Assembly (NCBI GenBank): GCA_002304945.1
Contig: DBPQ01000106.1
Span: 19,270-83,269, forward strand
Source: Actinomycetales bacterium UBA1416
GTDB taxonomy: Bacteria > Actinomycetota > Actinomycetes > Actinomycetales > Actinomycetaceae
Direction of reading: 5' to 3'
DNA: 64,000 nt
The stretch's first letter is position 1, and each line of letters begins with the position of its first letter. This document shows positions 48,751 to 56,334 of this stretch, piece by piece. The translations under genes were made by a program, and so were the position numbers. The notes beneath the pieces are model-generated. The model ran no database searches and was not told the DNA's origin. It saw only the letters and a list, made by a program, of their open reading frames with translations.

Positions 48751-50457
48751 ATGGGACTGTCCATCGTGTTCACGCTCCTCGGCCTCGCCGTCCCCGTCGG
48801 CCTCGTCGCCGTCCTCGTGCTCGCCATCCGGCGCCGCGGCCAGGACGGCAGCCCCGGCACCGGCGCACGGGGGGTCAGGCGCTTCTTCCAGTACCTGCTG
48901 CTCCTGGCCCTGATGATCGTGGCGGCCATCGGCGTCGCAGACCTGCTCGGACGGCTGCTGGGCGCCGACGCCCCGGGCGGCGAGACGCTGGCCCGCACGC
49001 TCGCCTTCACCCTCGTCGGCCTGCCCCTCGCCCTCCTCATCGCGTGGTGGACCAGGCGGTCGATGGCGCGCGATCCGGAGGAGGCACACGCCGTCGGCTA
49101 CGCGATCCACCTGACGGTGGCAGCCCTCATCGCGCTGGTCGTCGCGATGTTCTCCCTGCAGACCGTGCTGGCCGGCCTCCTGCGCGGCTCGTTCGACGGC
49201 GGCGCCCTCGCGGCCGTCCTCGTCTGGGGCGCCCTCTGGGCCCTGCACTGGTGGCTGGCCGCCCGCGCGCTCGACCACGGCCGTGCCTGGCCCCACCTCC
49301 TGTTCGGCTCGCTCATCGGACTCGGCACCACCATCGTCGCCCTCGGGCTCCTCCTGGGATCCAGCCTGGAGGTCCTCCTGCTCGATGGCGGCGGCCAGCT
49401 CGTCGTCGGATCCGCCCGACAGCTCGCCGGACACGGCGCGACCCTCGCCGTCGGCATCCTGGTCTGGGTCCGCTACTGGCTGTGGGGTGGTCTGCGACTG
49501 CCACGCACCGTTCCCTGGCTCGTGACCGTCCTGCCCGTGGGGGTTGGCGGCGGGCTCATCCTCGCCGTCTCGGCGGCCTCGGTGCTCCTGTGGCAGGTCC
49601 TGGTGTGGGTGGCCGGTGATCCGAACGGAACCGCCCGCCAGCACTTCGCAGACGCCCCGGGCGCCCTCGCGTTCGCCGTGGCCGGGCTCGTCGCCTGGTG
49701 GTACCACCGCGCCCTGCTCGCCGAGTCGCACGAGACGCGCACGGAGGTGGATCGGGTGCACGAGTACCTCGTCGCCGCCATCGGCCTGCTCGCCGCGGCG
49801 GCTGGCGTCGGGATGGTGGTGGTGGCGGTCATCGAGTCGTTCACCCCGGGCCTCGACCTCGGCGTCTCCGTCCTCAACACCCTGCTCGGCGCACTGACGC
49901 TCCTGCTGGTGGGCGTGCCCCTCTGGTGGCTCTTCTGGGCCAGGATCCGCCGTGCGCAGGCCGGCGATCCGGAGGGGGAGGTCAGCTCACCGACCCGCCG
50001 CACCTACCTCGTCCTCCTCTTCGGCATCGCCGGAGTGGCCGCCGTCATCGCCCTGATCGTGACGGTGTTCGTCCTCCTGCAGGATGTGCTGGCCGGCACG
50101 GCCTCCGGGGAGACGATCCGGTCCATGCGCTACGCGCTCGGCGTGCTGCTCGCAACCGCAGCGGTCTCCGCCTACCACGGTGCCGTGTACCGCGAGGACC
50201 GCGCGGTGACGCTCCCGGCCGCACCGCTCGGGCCGCGGACCGTGCTCCTGATCGGAGCTCCGGCGCCCGATCTCGAGCAGTCGATCCGGCGCGCCACCGG
50301 AGCGCGGACCGAGCTCCTCGTCCGCACGGATGGCACTGCCCCACCGTGGTCTGAGGAGGCAGTGCTCGCGGCCATCGCCACGCAGCCCGGTGAGCACCTC
50401 GTGGTCCTGACGGACGGCGAGGGACTTCGCGTCATCCCCGTCCACCGCCGGCCCTGA
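48751..50457 (+). CDS. 568-aa polytopic membrane protein built from six tandem two-TM repeats plus C-terminal soluble domain (DUF5671-like, from memory)
   Basis: In-frame ATG 48751 of ORF 48520..50457, 2 nt after the previous stop. Every second helix ends in an aromatic/Trp-basic motif (WWTRR, HWWLAAR, VRYWLWG, AWWYHRALL, LWWLFWARIRR, AYHGAVYRED). Confidence 0.8.
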   Translation: MGLSIVFTLLGLAVPVGLVAVLVLAIRRRGQDGSPGTGARGVRRFFQYLLLLALMIVAAIGVADLLGRLLGADAPGGETLARTLAFTLVGLPLALLIAWWTRRSMARDPEEAHAVGYAIHLTVAALIALVVAMFSLQTVLAGLLRGSFDGGALAAVLVWGALWALHWWLAARALDHGRAWPHLLFGSLIGLGTTIVALGLLLGSSLEVLLLDGGGQLVVGSARQLAGHGATLAVGILVWVRYWLWGGLRLPRTVPWLVTVLPVGVGGGLILAVSAASVLLWQVLVWVAGDPNGTARQHFADAPGALAFAVAGLVAWWYHRALLAESHETRTEVDRVHEYLVAAIGLLAAAAGVGMVVVAVIESFTPGLDLGVSVLNTLLGALTLLLVGVPLWWLFWARIRRAQAGDPEGEVSSPTRRTYLVLLFGIAGVAAVIALIVTVFVLLQDVLAGTASGETIRSMRYALGVLLATAAVSAYHGAVYREDRAVTLPAAPLGPRTVLLIGAPAPDLEQSIRRATGARTELLVRTDGTAPPWSEEAVLAAIATQPGEHLVVLTDGEGLRVIPVHRRP

Positions 50458-50509
50458 CCGGGTTTCGCCACCTCCCGGGGGGATACTCCTGGGGGTGTCG
50501 TGGTGTGTC

Positions 50510-50699
50510 CCACATCACTGACGAGGTGACGATGGCGCTCCTCTCGGCACCGGCCGCGAGCATGGCGGGGATCTGGTAGCGCATCCCGTAGAGAACAACG
50601 CCGGCATCGGCGGCCGAAGGTCTCGACGGCGAAGTCGACGGACGCCGCTCAGGTTGATGTCGATGACCTTTGGCCAGGCGTCGAGGTCGGTCTCCCCGG
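50510..50699 (-). pseudogene. out-of-order SDR-derived fragments in inverted orientation
   Basis: The minus strand reads, in three different phases, [18 protein letters not shown] / [12 protein letters not shown] / [30 protein letters not shown]. These correspond to the SDR mid-region. Confidence 0.45.
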
Positions 50700-51034
50700 C
50701 AGTGGCCTCCATCCACGGCAGCGTGGCCGCCATCGGGAACGGCGCGTACACGGCGGCCAAGCACGGCGTCGTCGGCATCACCCGGAACGCCGCCGCGGAG
50801 TACGGACCGCAGGGGCTGCGGATCAACTCGGTGGGCCCCGGGTACATCATGACGCCGCTGCTGACCAACAACCTCACCCCGGACATCATGGAGATGCTCA
50901 AGGGCAAGCACCCGCTCGGGCGCCTCGGCAGGCCCGAGGAGGTCGCGCACCTGGTGTGCTTCCTGCTCTCGGAGGACGCGTCCTTCATGACCGGCGGCTA
51001 CTACCTCGTCGACGGCGGCTACACGATCGTCTGA
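50700..51034 (+). pseudogene. C-terminal ~110 codons of a classical SDR oxidoreductase; Rossmann N-terminus missing
   Basis: Part of ORF 50654..51034. [52 protein letters not shown]...[33 protein letters not shown], with YxxxK and PG motifs present. No TGxxxGIG-coding DNA lies between 50458 and 50700. Confidence 0.6.
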
Positions 51035-51041
51035 TCAGGAT

Positions 51042-51078
51042 GCGGGGCGCCATCTCGGGAGGCGAGGTGGTGCCCCGC
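51042..51078 (+). terminator. 16-bp stem hairpin with GGAGG loop
   Basis: GCGGGGCGCCATCTCG ggagg CGAGGTGGTGCCCCGC, with 14 Watson-Crick pairs plus 2 G-U pairs. It starts 7 nt after the SDR remnant stop and ends 16 nt before ATG 51095. No U-tract. Confidence 0.5.
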
Positions 51079-51094
51079 ACGCTATCAAGGTGTC

Positions 51095-52060
51095 ATGGCC
51101 TCTTTCGGATTCCACTGCTCCCACGAACAGATCGCCCCCAGCCGGCTCCTGCGCGACGTGCAGGCCGCCGAACGCGCCGGCTTCGACATGGCGATGTCCT
51201 CCGACCACTTCTTCCCGTGGAGCGAGCGCCAGGGACACTCGGGGTTCACCCTCTCGTGGCTCGGTGCCGCCCTCGCCACCACCTCGTTGCGCATCGGCTC
51301 GGTCAACGCCCCCGGCCAGCGCTACCACCCGGCCATCGTCGCGCAGGCCACCGCCACGCTCGGTGAGATGTTCCCCGGCCGCTACTGGGTGGCGCTCGGG
51401 ACCGGGCAGAACATGAACGAGCACGTCACGGGCGAGCCGTGGCCCCTGAAGGAGGAGCGCCAGCGCCGCCTCGAGGAAGCCGTGGACGTCATCCGTCGCC
51501 TGCACCGCGGTGAGGAGGTCACCCACCACGGGCTGGTCACGGTCGAGCAGGCGAGGCTCTACGATCGTCCCGCCACCCCCGTGCCCCTCCTTGCCACCGC
51601 GATCACCCCACCGACGGCGGCGCGTGCTGCTGCGTGGGGCGCCGACGGCGTCATCACCATCAACCAGCCCCACGAGAAGCTCCGCGCCGTCGTCGACGCC
51701 TACCGCTCCGCCGGCGGCACCGGGAAGCTTGCCATCCAGGTGCACCTGTCCTGGGCGCCCACGCGCGACGAGGCCGAGGCCATCGCCCTCGACCAGTGGC
51801 GCACCAACGTGTTCGACGCGCCGCTCAGCCTCGACCTCGCCACCCCCGAGCACTTCGACATCGCGAGCCGGGACGTGACACTCGCGACCGTGGAGGGCGC
51901 CGTGCGCGTCTCCGCCGAGCCCGCCCAGCACGTCGAGTGGATCCGGGAGTACGTGGAACTCGGGTTCGAGGAGGTCTACCTGCACTTCGTCGGGCAGGAT
52001 CAGGACGCCTGGCTGGACGTCGCGGCCACCGAGGTCCTCCCGGCCCTGAAGGGAGCCTGA
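51095..52060 (+). CDS. luciferase-like (LLM) oxidoreductase of the Fgd / glucose-6-phosphate-dehydrogenase-related clade
   Basis: ORF 51095..52060. FGFHCSHEQIAPSRLL...SDHFFPWSERQGHSGFTLSWLGA...YHPAIVAQATATLGEMFPGRYWVALGTGQNMNEH parallels mycobacterial Fgd segment by segment (from memory). Confidence 0.85.
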   Translation: MASFGFHCSHEQIAPSRLLRDVQAAERAGFDMAMSSDHFFPWSERQGHSGFTLSWLGAALATTSLRIGSVNAPGQRYHPAIVAQATATLGEMFPGRYWVALGTGQNMNEHVTGEPWPLKEERQRRLEEAVDVIRRLHRGEEVTHHGLVTVEQARLYDRPATPVPLLATAITPPTAARAAAWGADGVITINQPHEKLRAVVDAYRSAGGTGKLAIQVHLSWAPTRDEAEAIALDQWRTNVFDAPLSLDLATPEHFDIASRDVTLATVEGAVRVSAEPAQHVEWIREYVELGFEEVYLHFVGQDQDAWLDVAATEVLPALKGA

Positions 52061-52062
52061 GC

Positions 52063-53745
52063 ATGCGTATCACCGACACCTCCGACCTCTGGTACAAGAA
52101 CGCCGTCGTCTACTGCCTCGACGTCGAGACGTTCTTCGACTCCGACGGCGACGGCGTGGGGGACTTCCACGGCCTCGCCGAACGCATCGACCACCTCGCC
52201 GAACTGGGGGTGACCACCCTCTGGCTGATGCCGTTCTACCCGACCCCCGGGAAGGACGACGGCTACGACGTGGCCGACTTCTACGGGGTGGACCCGCGCC
52301 TCGGCACCCACGGCGACGTCGTCGAGGTCATCCGGACGGCCAAGGACCGGGGGATGCGCGTGATCGCCGACCTGATCGTCAACCACACCTCGGACCAGCA
52401 CCCCTGGTTCGTGGAGTCTCGTAAGTCCCTCGACAACCCGTACCGCGACTTCTACGTCTGGCGCTCCGACCCGCCCCCCGACACCTCGGACGAGGTCGTC
52501 TTCCCCGACGAGGAGGACTCGATCTGGGAGAAGGACCCCGCGACGGGGGAGTGGTACCTGCACCACTTCTACTCCCACCAGCCCGACCTCAACATCGCCA
52601 ATCCCAGGGTGCAGGACGAGATCGCCAAGGTCATGGGCTTCTGGTTGCAGGTGGGCGTGGACGGCTTCCGCGTGGACGCCGTCCCCTTCTTCCTCAACGA
52701 CCTCGGGATGTCGGTCAGGGAGAAGGAGGACTTCTCCGAGCCGCACGAGTACCTGCGCTCCCTGCGGCGGTTCCTGCACCGGCGCAGCGGCGACGGCATT
52801 CTCCTGGGCGAGGTCAACGTGCCCTACTCCGACCAGGTCGACTTCTTCGGCGGCAGGGACGGGGACGAGCTCACGATGATGTTCGACTTCGTCGGGATGC
52901 AGGCGATGTACCTCTCCCTGGCGCGGCAGGACGCACGGCCGCTGGCGAAGGCGCTGAGGTCCCGGCCCATGAGCAGGCTCTCCCCGGACTCGCAGTTCGC
53001 GAACTTCGTCCGCAACCACGACGAGCTCACCCTCGACAAGCTCAGCGAGTCCGAACGGCAGGAGGTCTTCGAGGCGTTCGGCCCCGAGCCCGAGATGCAG
53101 TTGTTCGACCGGGGGCTGCGCCGCCGGCTCCCCCCGATGCTGGAGGGTGACCCGCGGCGGATCCGCATGGTCTACTCCCTCCTGTTCGCGCTCCCCGGCA
53201 CCCCGGTGCTGTTCTACGGCGAGGAGATCGGAATGGGGGAGAACCTCTCGATTCCGGGCCGCATGGCCGTCCGGACCCCCATGCAGTGGGCGAACGACCC
53301 CACCGGAGGCTTCTCGGAGGCCGACCCGAAGCAGCTCGTCCAGCCCCTCCCGGACGGGTCCTACGGCCCGCAGCACGTCAACGTCGCCGACTCCCGCCGG
53401 GATCCGGACTCCCTCCTCAACCACGTCTCACGGCTCGCACGCCGCTACCGGGAGTGCCCGGAGCTCGGCTGGGGGGACTTCGCCGTGCTGCGCCAGCCGC
53501 ACCGCGCGGTCCTCGCCCACCGGGCCACGTGGGAGAGCGCCTCGATGGTGCTGCTGCACAACTTCGGACCCGACGCGGTCACGGTGCCGCTGGCGCTGGA
53601 CGAGGAGGAGGGGACGCTGCTGGTGGACCTCCTCCAGGCGGGGGAGTGCACGGTCGGTCCCGACGGTGAGGTGGAACTGGAACTCGACGGGTACGGCTTC
53701 CGCTGGCTGCGCGTCCAGCACCTGGGGGAGCGGCGCCTGGTGTGA
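52063..53745 (+). CDS. GH13 trehalose-synthase-like alpha-glucosyltransferase, catalytic motifs intact
   Basis: In-frame ATG 52063 of ORF 51634..53745, 2 nt after the LLM stop. Regions I-IV are VIADLIVNHTS, VDGFRVDAV, LLGEVN and FVRNHDE. Confidence 0.9.
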   Translation: MRITDTSDLWYKNAVVYCLDVETFFDSDGDGVGDFHGLAERIDHLAELGVTTLWLMPFYPTPGKDDGYDVADFYGVDPRLGTHGDVVEVIRTAKDRGMRVIADLIVNHTSDQHPWFVESRKSLDNPYRDFYVWRSDPPPDTSDEVVFPDEEDSIWEKDPATGEWYLHHFYSHQPDLNIANPRVQDEIAKVMGFWLQVGVDGFRVDAVPFFLNDLGMSVREKEDFSEPHEYLRSLRRFLHRRSGDGILLGEVNVPYSDQVDFFGGRDGDELTMMFDFVGMQAMYLSLARQDARPLAKALRSRPMSRLSPDSQFANFVRNHDELTLDKLSESERQEVFEAFGPEPEMQLFDRGLRRRLPPMLEGDPRRIRMVYSLLFALPGTPVLFYGEEIGMGENLSIPGRMAVRTPMQWANDPTGGFSEADPKQLVQPLPDGSYGPQHVNVADSRRDPDSLLNHVSRLARRYRECPELGWGDFAVLRQPHRAVLAHRATWESASMVLLHNFGPDAVTVPLALDEEEGTLLVDLLQAGECTVGPDGEVELELDGYGFRWLRVQHLGERRLV

Positions 53746-53784
53746 TCGCAGGGGTCTGATCGGAGCGGTCTGACCGCAGGGCGA

Positions 53785-55368
53785 TCAGCGCTCGTCGAGG
53801 ATCTCGCAGCCGGTGGTCCCCGTGACCGCCGTCGTCGTGTCCTCGGCGAGCGCGACGAGCGCTCCGTCGCCCGTGGAGCAGGTGAGGCCGGCCACCTGTC
53901 CCGCGCTGCGACCGTTGGCCAGCAGGGCGCCGGCCGTGGCGGTCTCCACCGTGACGCCCTCGAGCGTGGGGGAGGCGTCGTCGCTGAGCTGCACGGCGAG
54001 CCGCGGGCCCGACACGAGGAGTCCGGTGGCGGAGCCCGCCGCCGACTCGGCCCAGATGAGACCGACCTCGCCCTCCGTCCGGACGCCCACGCCGCTGATG
54101 GAGGGGCGGGACTCTCCCACGAGGGCGATGCCGACCGGGCTGGGCCCAGTCACCGTGACGCCGCTGAGGACGACGCGTGCGGCGTCGGACACGCGCACGC
54201 CCACCTCGGAGGCGTCGGCGACGGTGGTGTCCTCGACGCTCCCCGCGCCGTCGCCCGTGACCTGGATCCCGGTGGCACCCCCGATGACGGCCGCACGGGT
54301 GATCCGGGGCGCCCCACGCCCGGTGAACGCGATCCCCACCTGGGAGCCGGAGATGCCGGCGCCGCGGACGAGGGGCGCCGCGTCGTCGTCCACGCGCACT
54401 CCCACCTGCGCACCGGTGATCGTCACGTCCTCGGCGCGGCCGGCGCCGGACTCGATCCAGCAGAGCCCGCAACCAGCGGTGTCCTCGACGGTGATGCCTC
54501 GCAGGGTCGGCGTCTCCGAACCGGCGACGACGACGCCGCCCCCCGGCGTGCCCCTCACCTCCACGTCCGTCAGTTCCCGCCGTGTCCCGGAGGCGAGCAG
54601 TGGCCCGGAGGACGGCCTGAGGACGATCCCGTAGCCACCACCCGGCGCGCCCTCGATGCCCACGCGGTCGAGAACGTACCCGCCGCCGGCGACGAGCACG
54701 ACGGACGCGCCGCTGCCGCCGGCGACGGTCAGGTCCCGCAGCACCGCGTCGCCGTCCGTCGAGAGGACGAGCGCGCCCTCCGCCGCGGTGGAGGTGATCA
54801 CGGTCCGGCCCCGGCCGGCGCCGACGAGGGTCACGGGGCGGAGCATCACCAACGGTTCCACGACGCGGAACTCGCCCGCGGCCAGTCGGATGACCGAGCC
54901 GGACCCGGCGACGGCGAGCGCCGCCACCAGCTCCTCGGACGTGGCCACGGTCAACTGGACGGCGCCCAGATCCGAGGGATCGGCGGTCCCGAGCGGTCCG
55001 GCGCGGAAGGCCGCCGCGATCGCGTCCTGCACGGGACTCCCGCCGGAGAGCCGGTCGAGTTCCTCCCGGATGTCGGCCGCGAGGGCGCCGGGGTCACAAC
55101 CCAGCTCCTCGGCCTCGGCGCGGAGCTCGGCGGTGACGGCGGCGAAGTCGCCCTGCCGGGCGGTGACGCCGGCGGGGATGCCCTCGGCGGTGGCCCCCGC
55201 GAAGCTGTCCACGTACTCCTGGACGGCGTCCACGATCCCGACGGCCAGCAGCGTGCACGGCTCGCCGTGCTGCGTGGTGGTGGGGCCGGGCGTGGGGGGC
55301 GAGCCCGGGCTGCAGGCGGAGAGGGACAGCGCCAGCACCGTCACCGTGGTCGCGATTCCCGTGCGCAT
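53785..55368 (-). CDS. lipoprotein with right-handed parallel beta-helix repeats (NosD/CASH-like)
   Basis: Internal ATG 55368 of ORF 53785..56514 (MRTGIATTVTVLALSLSAC has a lipobox). A helical N-domain is followed by about 12 repeats of the type G.xVxxxxxxxLxGVTV. Contains a GCGLCW motif. Confidence 0.8.
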   Translation of the reverse strand: MRTGIATTVTVLALSLSACSPGSPPTPGPTTTQHGEPCTLLAVGIVDAVQEYVDSFAGATAEGIPAGVTARQGDFAAVTAELRAEAEELGCDPGALAADIREELDRLSGGSPVQDAIAAAFRAGPLGTADPSDLGAVQLTVATSEELVAALAVAGSGSVIRLAAGEFRVVEPLVMLRPVTLVGAGRGRTVITSTAAEGALVLSTDGDAVLRDLTVAGGSGASVVLVAGGGYVLDRVGIEGAPGGGYGIVLRPSSGPLLASGTRRELTDVEVRGTPGGGVVVAGSETPTLRGITVEDTAGCGLCWIESGAGRAEDVTITGAQVGVRVDDDAAPLVRGAGISGSQVGIAFTGRGAPRITRAAVIGGATGIQVTGDGAGSVEDTTVADASEVGVRVSDAARVVLSGVTVTGPSPVGIALVGESRPSISGVGVRTEGEVGLIWAESAAGSATGLLVSGPRLAVQLSDDASPTLEGVTVETATAGALLANGRSAGQVAGLTCSTGDGALVALAEDTTTAVTGTTGCEILDER

Positions 55369-55398
55369 GGACTGACAGTAGCCGCCGAGTGCGACACA

Positions 55399-56334
55399 AT
55401 GTCCGTTGAACAGCTGAAGGAGCACACGGTGGCAGCAATCGACGTGACCGGCCTGCGCAAGGCGTACGGACCGCTCACCGCGGTGGACGGACTCGACCTC
55501 ACGGTCGAGGCGGGTGAGGTCGTCGCCCTCCTGGGGCCGAACGGCGCCGGCAAGACCACCACGGTGGAGATCCTCGAGGGCTACCGGAGGCGGGACGCGG
55601 GGGACGTGAGGGTGCTCGGCACCGATCCGGAGAAGGGGGGCCAGGCACTGCGCGAGCGCATCGGGGTGGTGCTCCAGGAGGCGGGCTTCGAGGAGAGCTT
55701 CACCCCGCGCGAGCTCATCCGGCTCCACGCCGGCTACTACCCGCACCCGCGGCCGGTGGACGAGGTGATCGCCCTGACCGGACTGGGGGAGAAGGCCGAC
55801 GCGCGCGTCCGTACCCTGTCCGGCGGCCAGCGGCGCCGTCTCGACCTCGCACTCGGGATCGTGGGTGGGCCGGAGCTGATCTTCCTCGACGAGCCGACCA
55901 CCGGCTTCGACCCCTCCGCCCGGCGTCATGCGTGGGAGCTGGTCGACGGGTTGCGCGACCTCGGTGCGACCATCCTCCTCACCACCCACTACCTCGACGA
56001 GGCCGAGCACCTCGCCGACCGGGTGGTCATCATCGACCACGGACGCGTCGTCGCCGCCGGCACGCCGGCCTCGCTGTCCGCGGGTTCCGGGACGGTCATC
56101 TCCTTCCGCCTTCCCCCCGGTGTGGCGACGGCGGACCTCCCCGTCGTCGGGAGGGACCGTCGGGTGGCGGGGAGCGTGGTGGAGGTCCACACCGGCTCGG
56201 CCACCGCCGATGTGGCCGCGTTGTCCACCTGGGCGGTCGCACGGGGAATCGAACTCGAGGAGCTCACCCTCGCCCGCCCGAGCCTCGAGGACGTGTACCT
56301 CGGGATCGTGGGCGAGGCCGAGGTGGTCGCGTGA
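55399..56334 (+). CDS. ABC transporter ATP-binding protein (ABC-2/DrrA/NosF-like)
   Basis: In-frame ATG 55399 of ORF 55267..56334. GPNGAGKTT, LSGGQRRRL, and IFLDEPTTGFD. Confidence 0.9.
   Translation: MSVEQLKEHTVAAIDVTGLRKAYGPLTAVDGLDLTVEAGEVVALLGPNGAGKTTTVEILEGYRRRDAGDVRVLGTDPEKGGQALRERIGVVLQEAGFEESFTPRELIRLHAGYYPHPRPVDEVIALTGLGEKADARVRTLSGGQRRRLDLALGIVGGPELIFLDEPTTGFDPSARRHAWELVDGLRDLGATILLTTHYLDEAEHLADRVVIIDHGRVVAAGTPASLSAGSGTVISFRLPPGVATADLPVVGRDRRVAGSVVEVHTGSATADVAALSTWAVARGIELEELTLARPSLEDVYLGIVGEAEVVA

Noticed and set aside
50511-50579. Plus-strand reading [22 protein letters not shown] as the SDR DVTDE...FG segment
   Set aside because: It is the same DNA as the minus-strand peptide [27 protein letters not shown] and shares its third codon positions, so codon bias cannot discriminate. 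I judged the minus reading the stronger SDR match. The ambiguity is real and is noted in the finding.
53743-53787. Mirror-image stop contexts GTGTGATCGC / GCGATCAGCG of the convergent TreS-like and beta-helix genes
   Set aside because: Only 7 bp pair, with a 29-nt spacer. This is most simply coincidence of two stop codons in similar contexts, and a weak bidirectional terminator at best.
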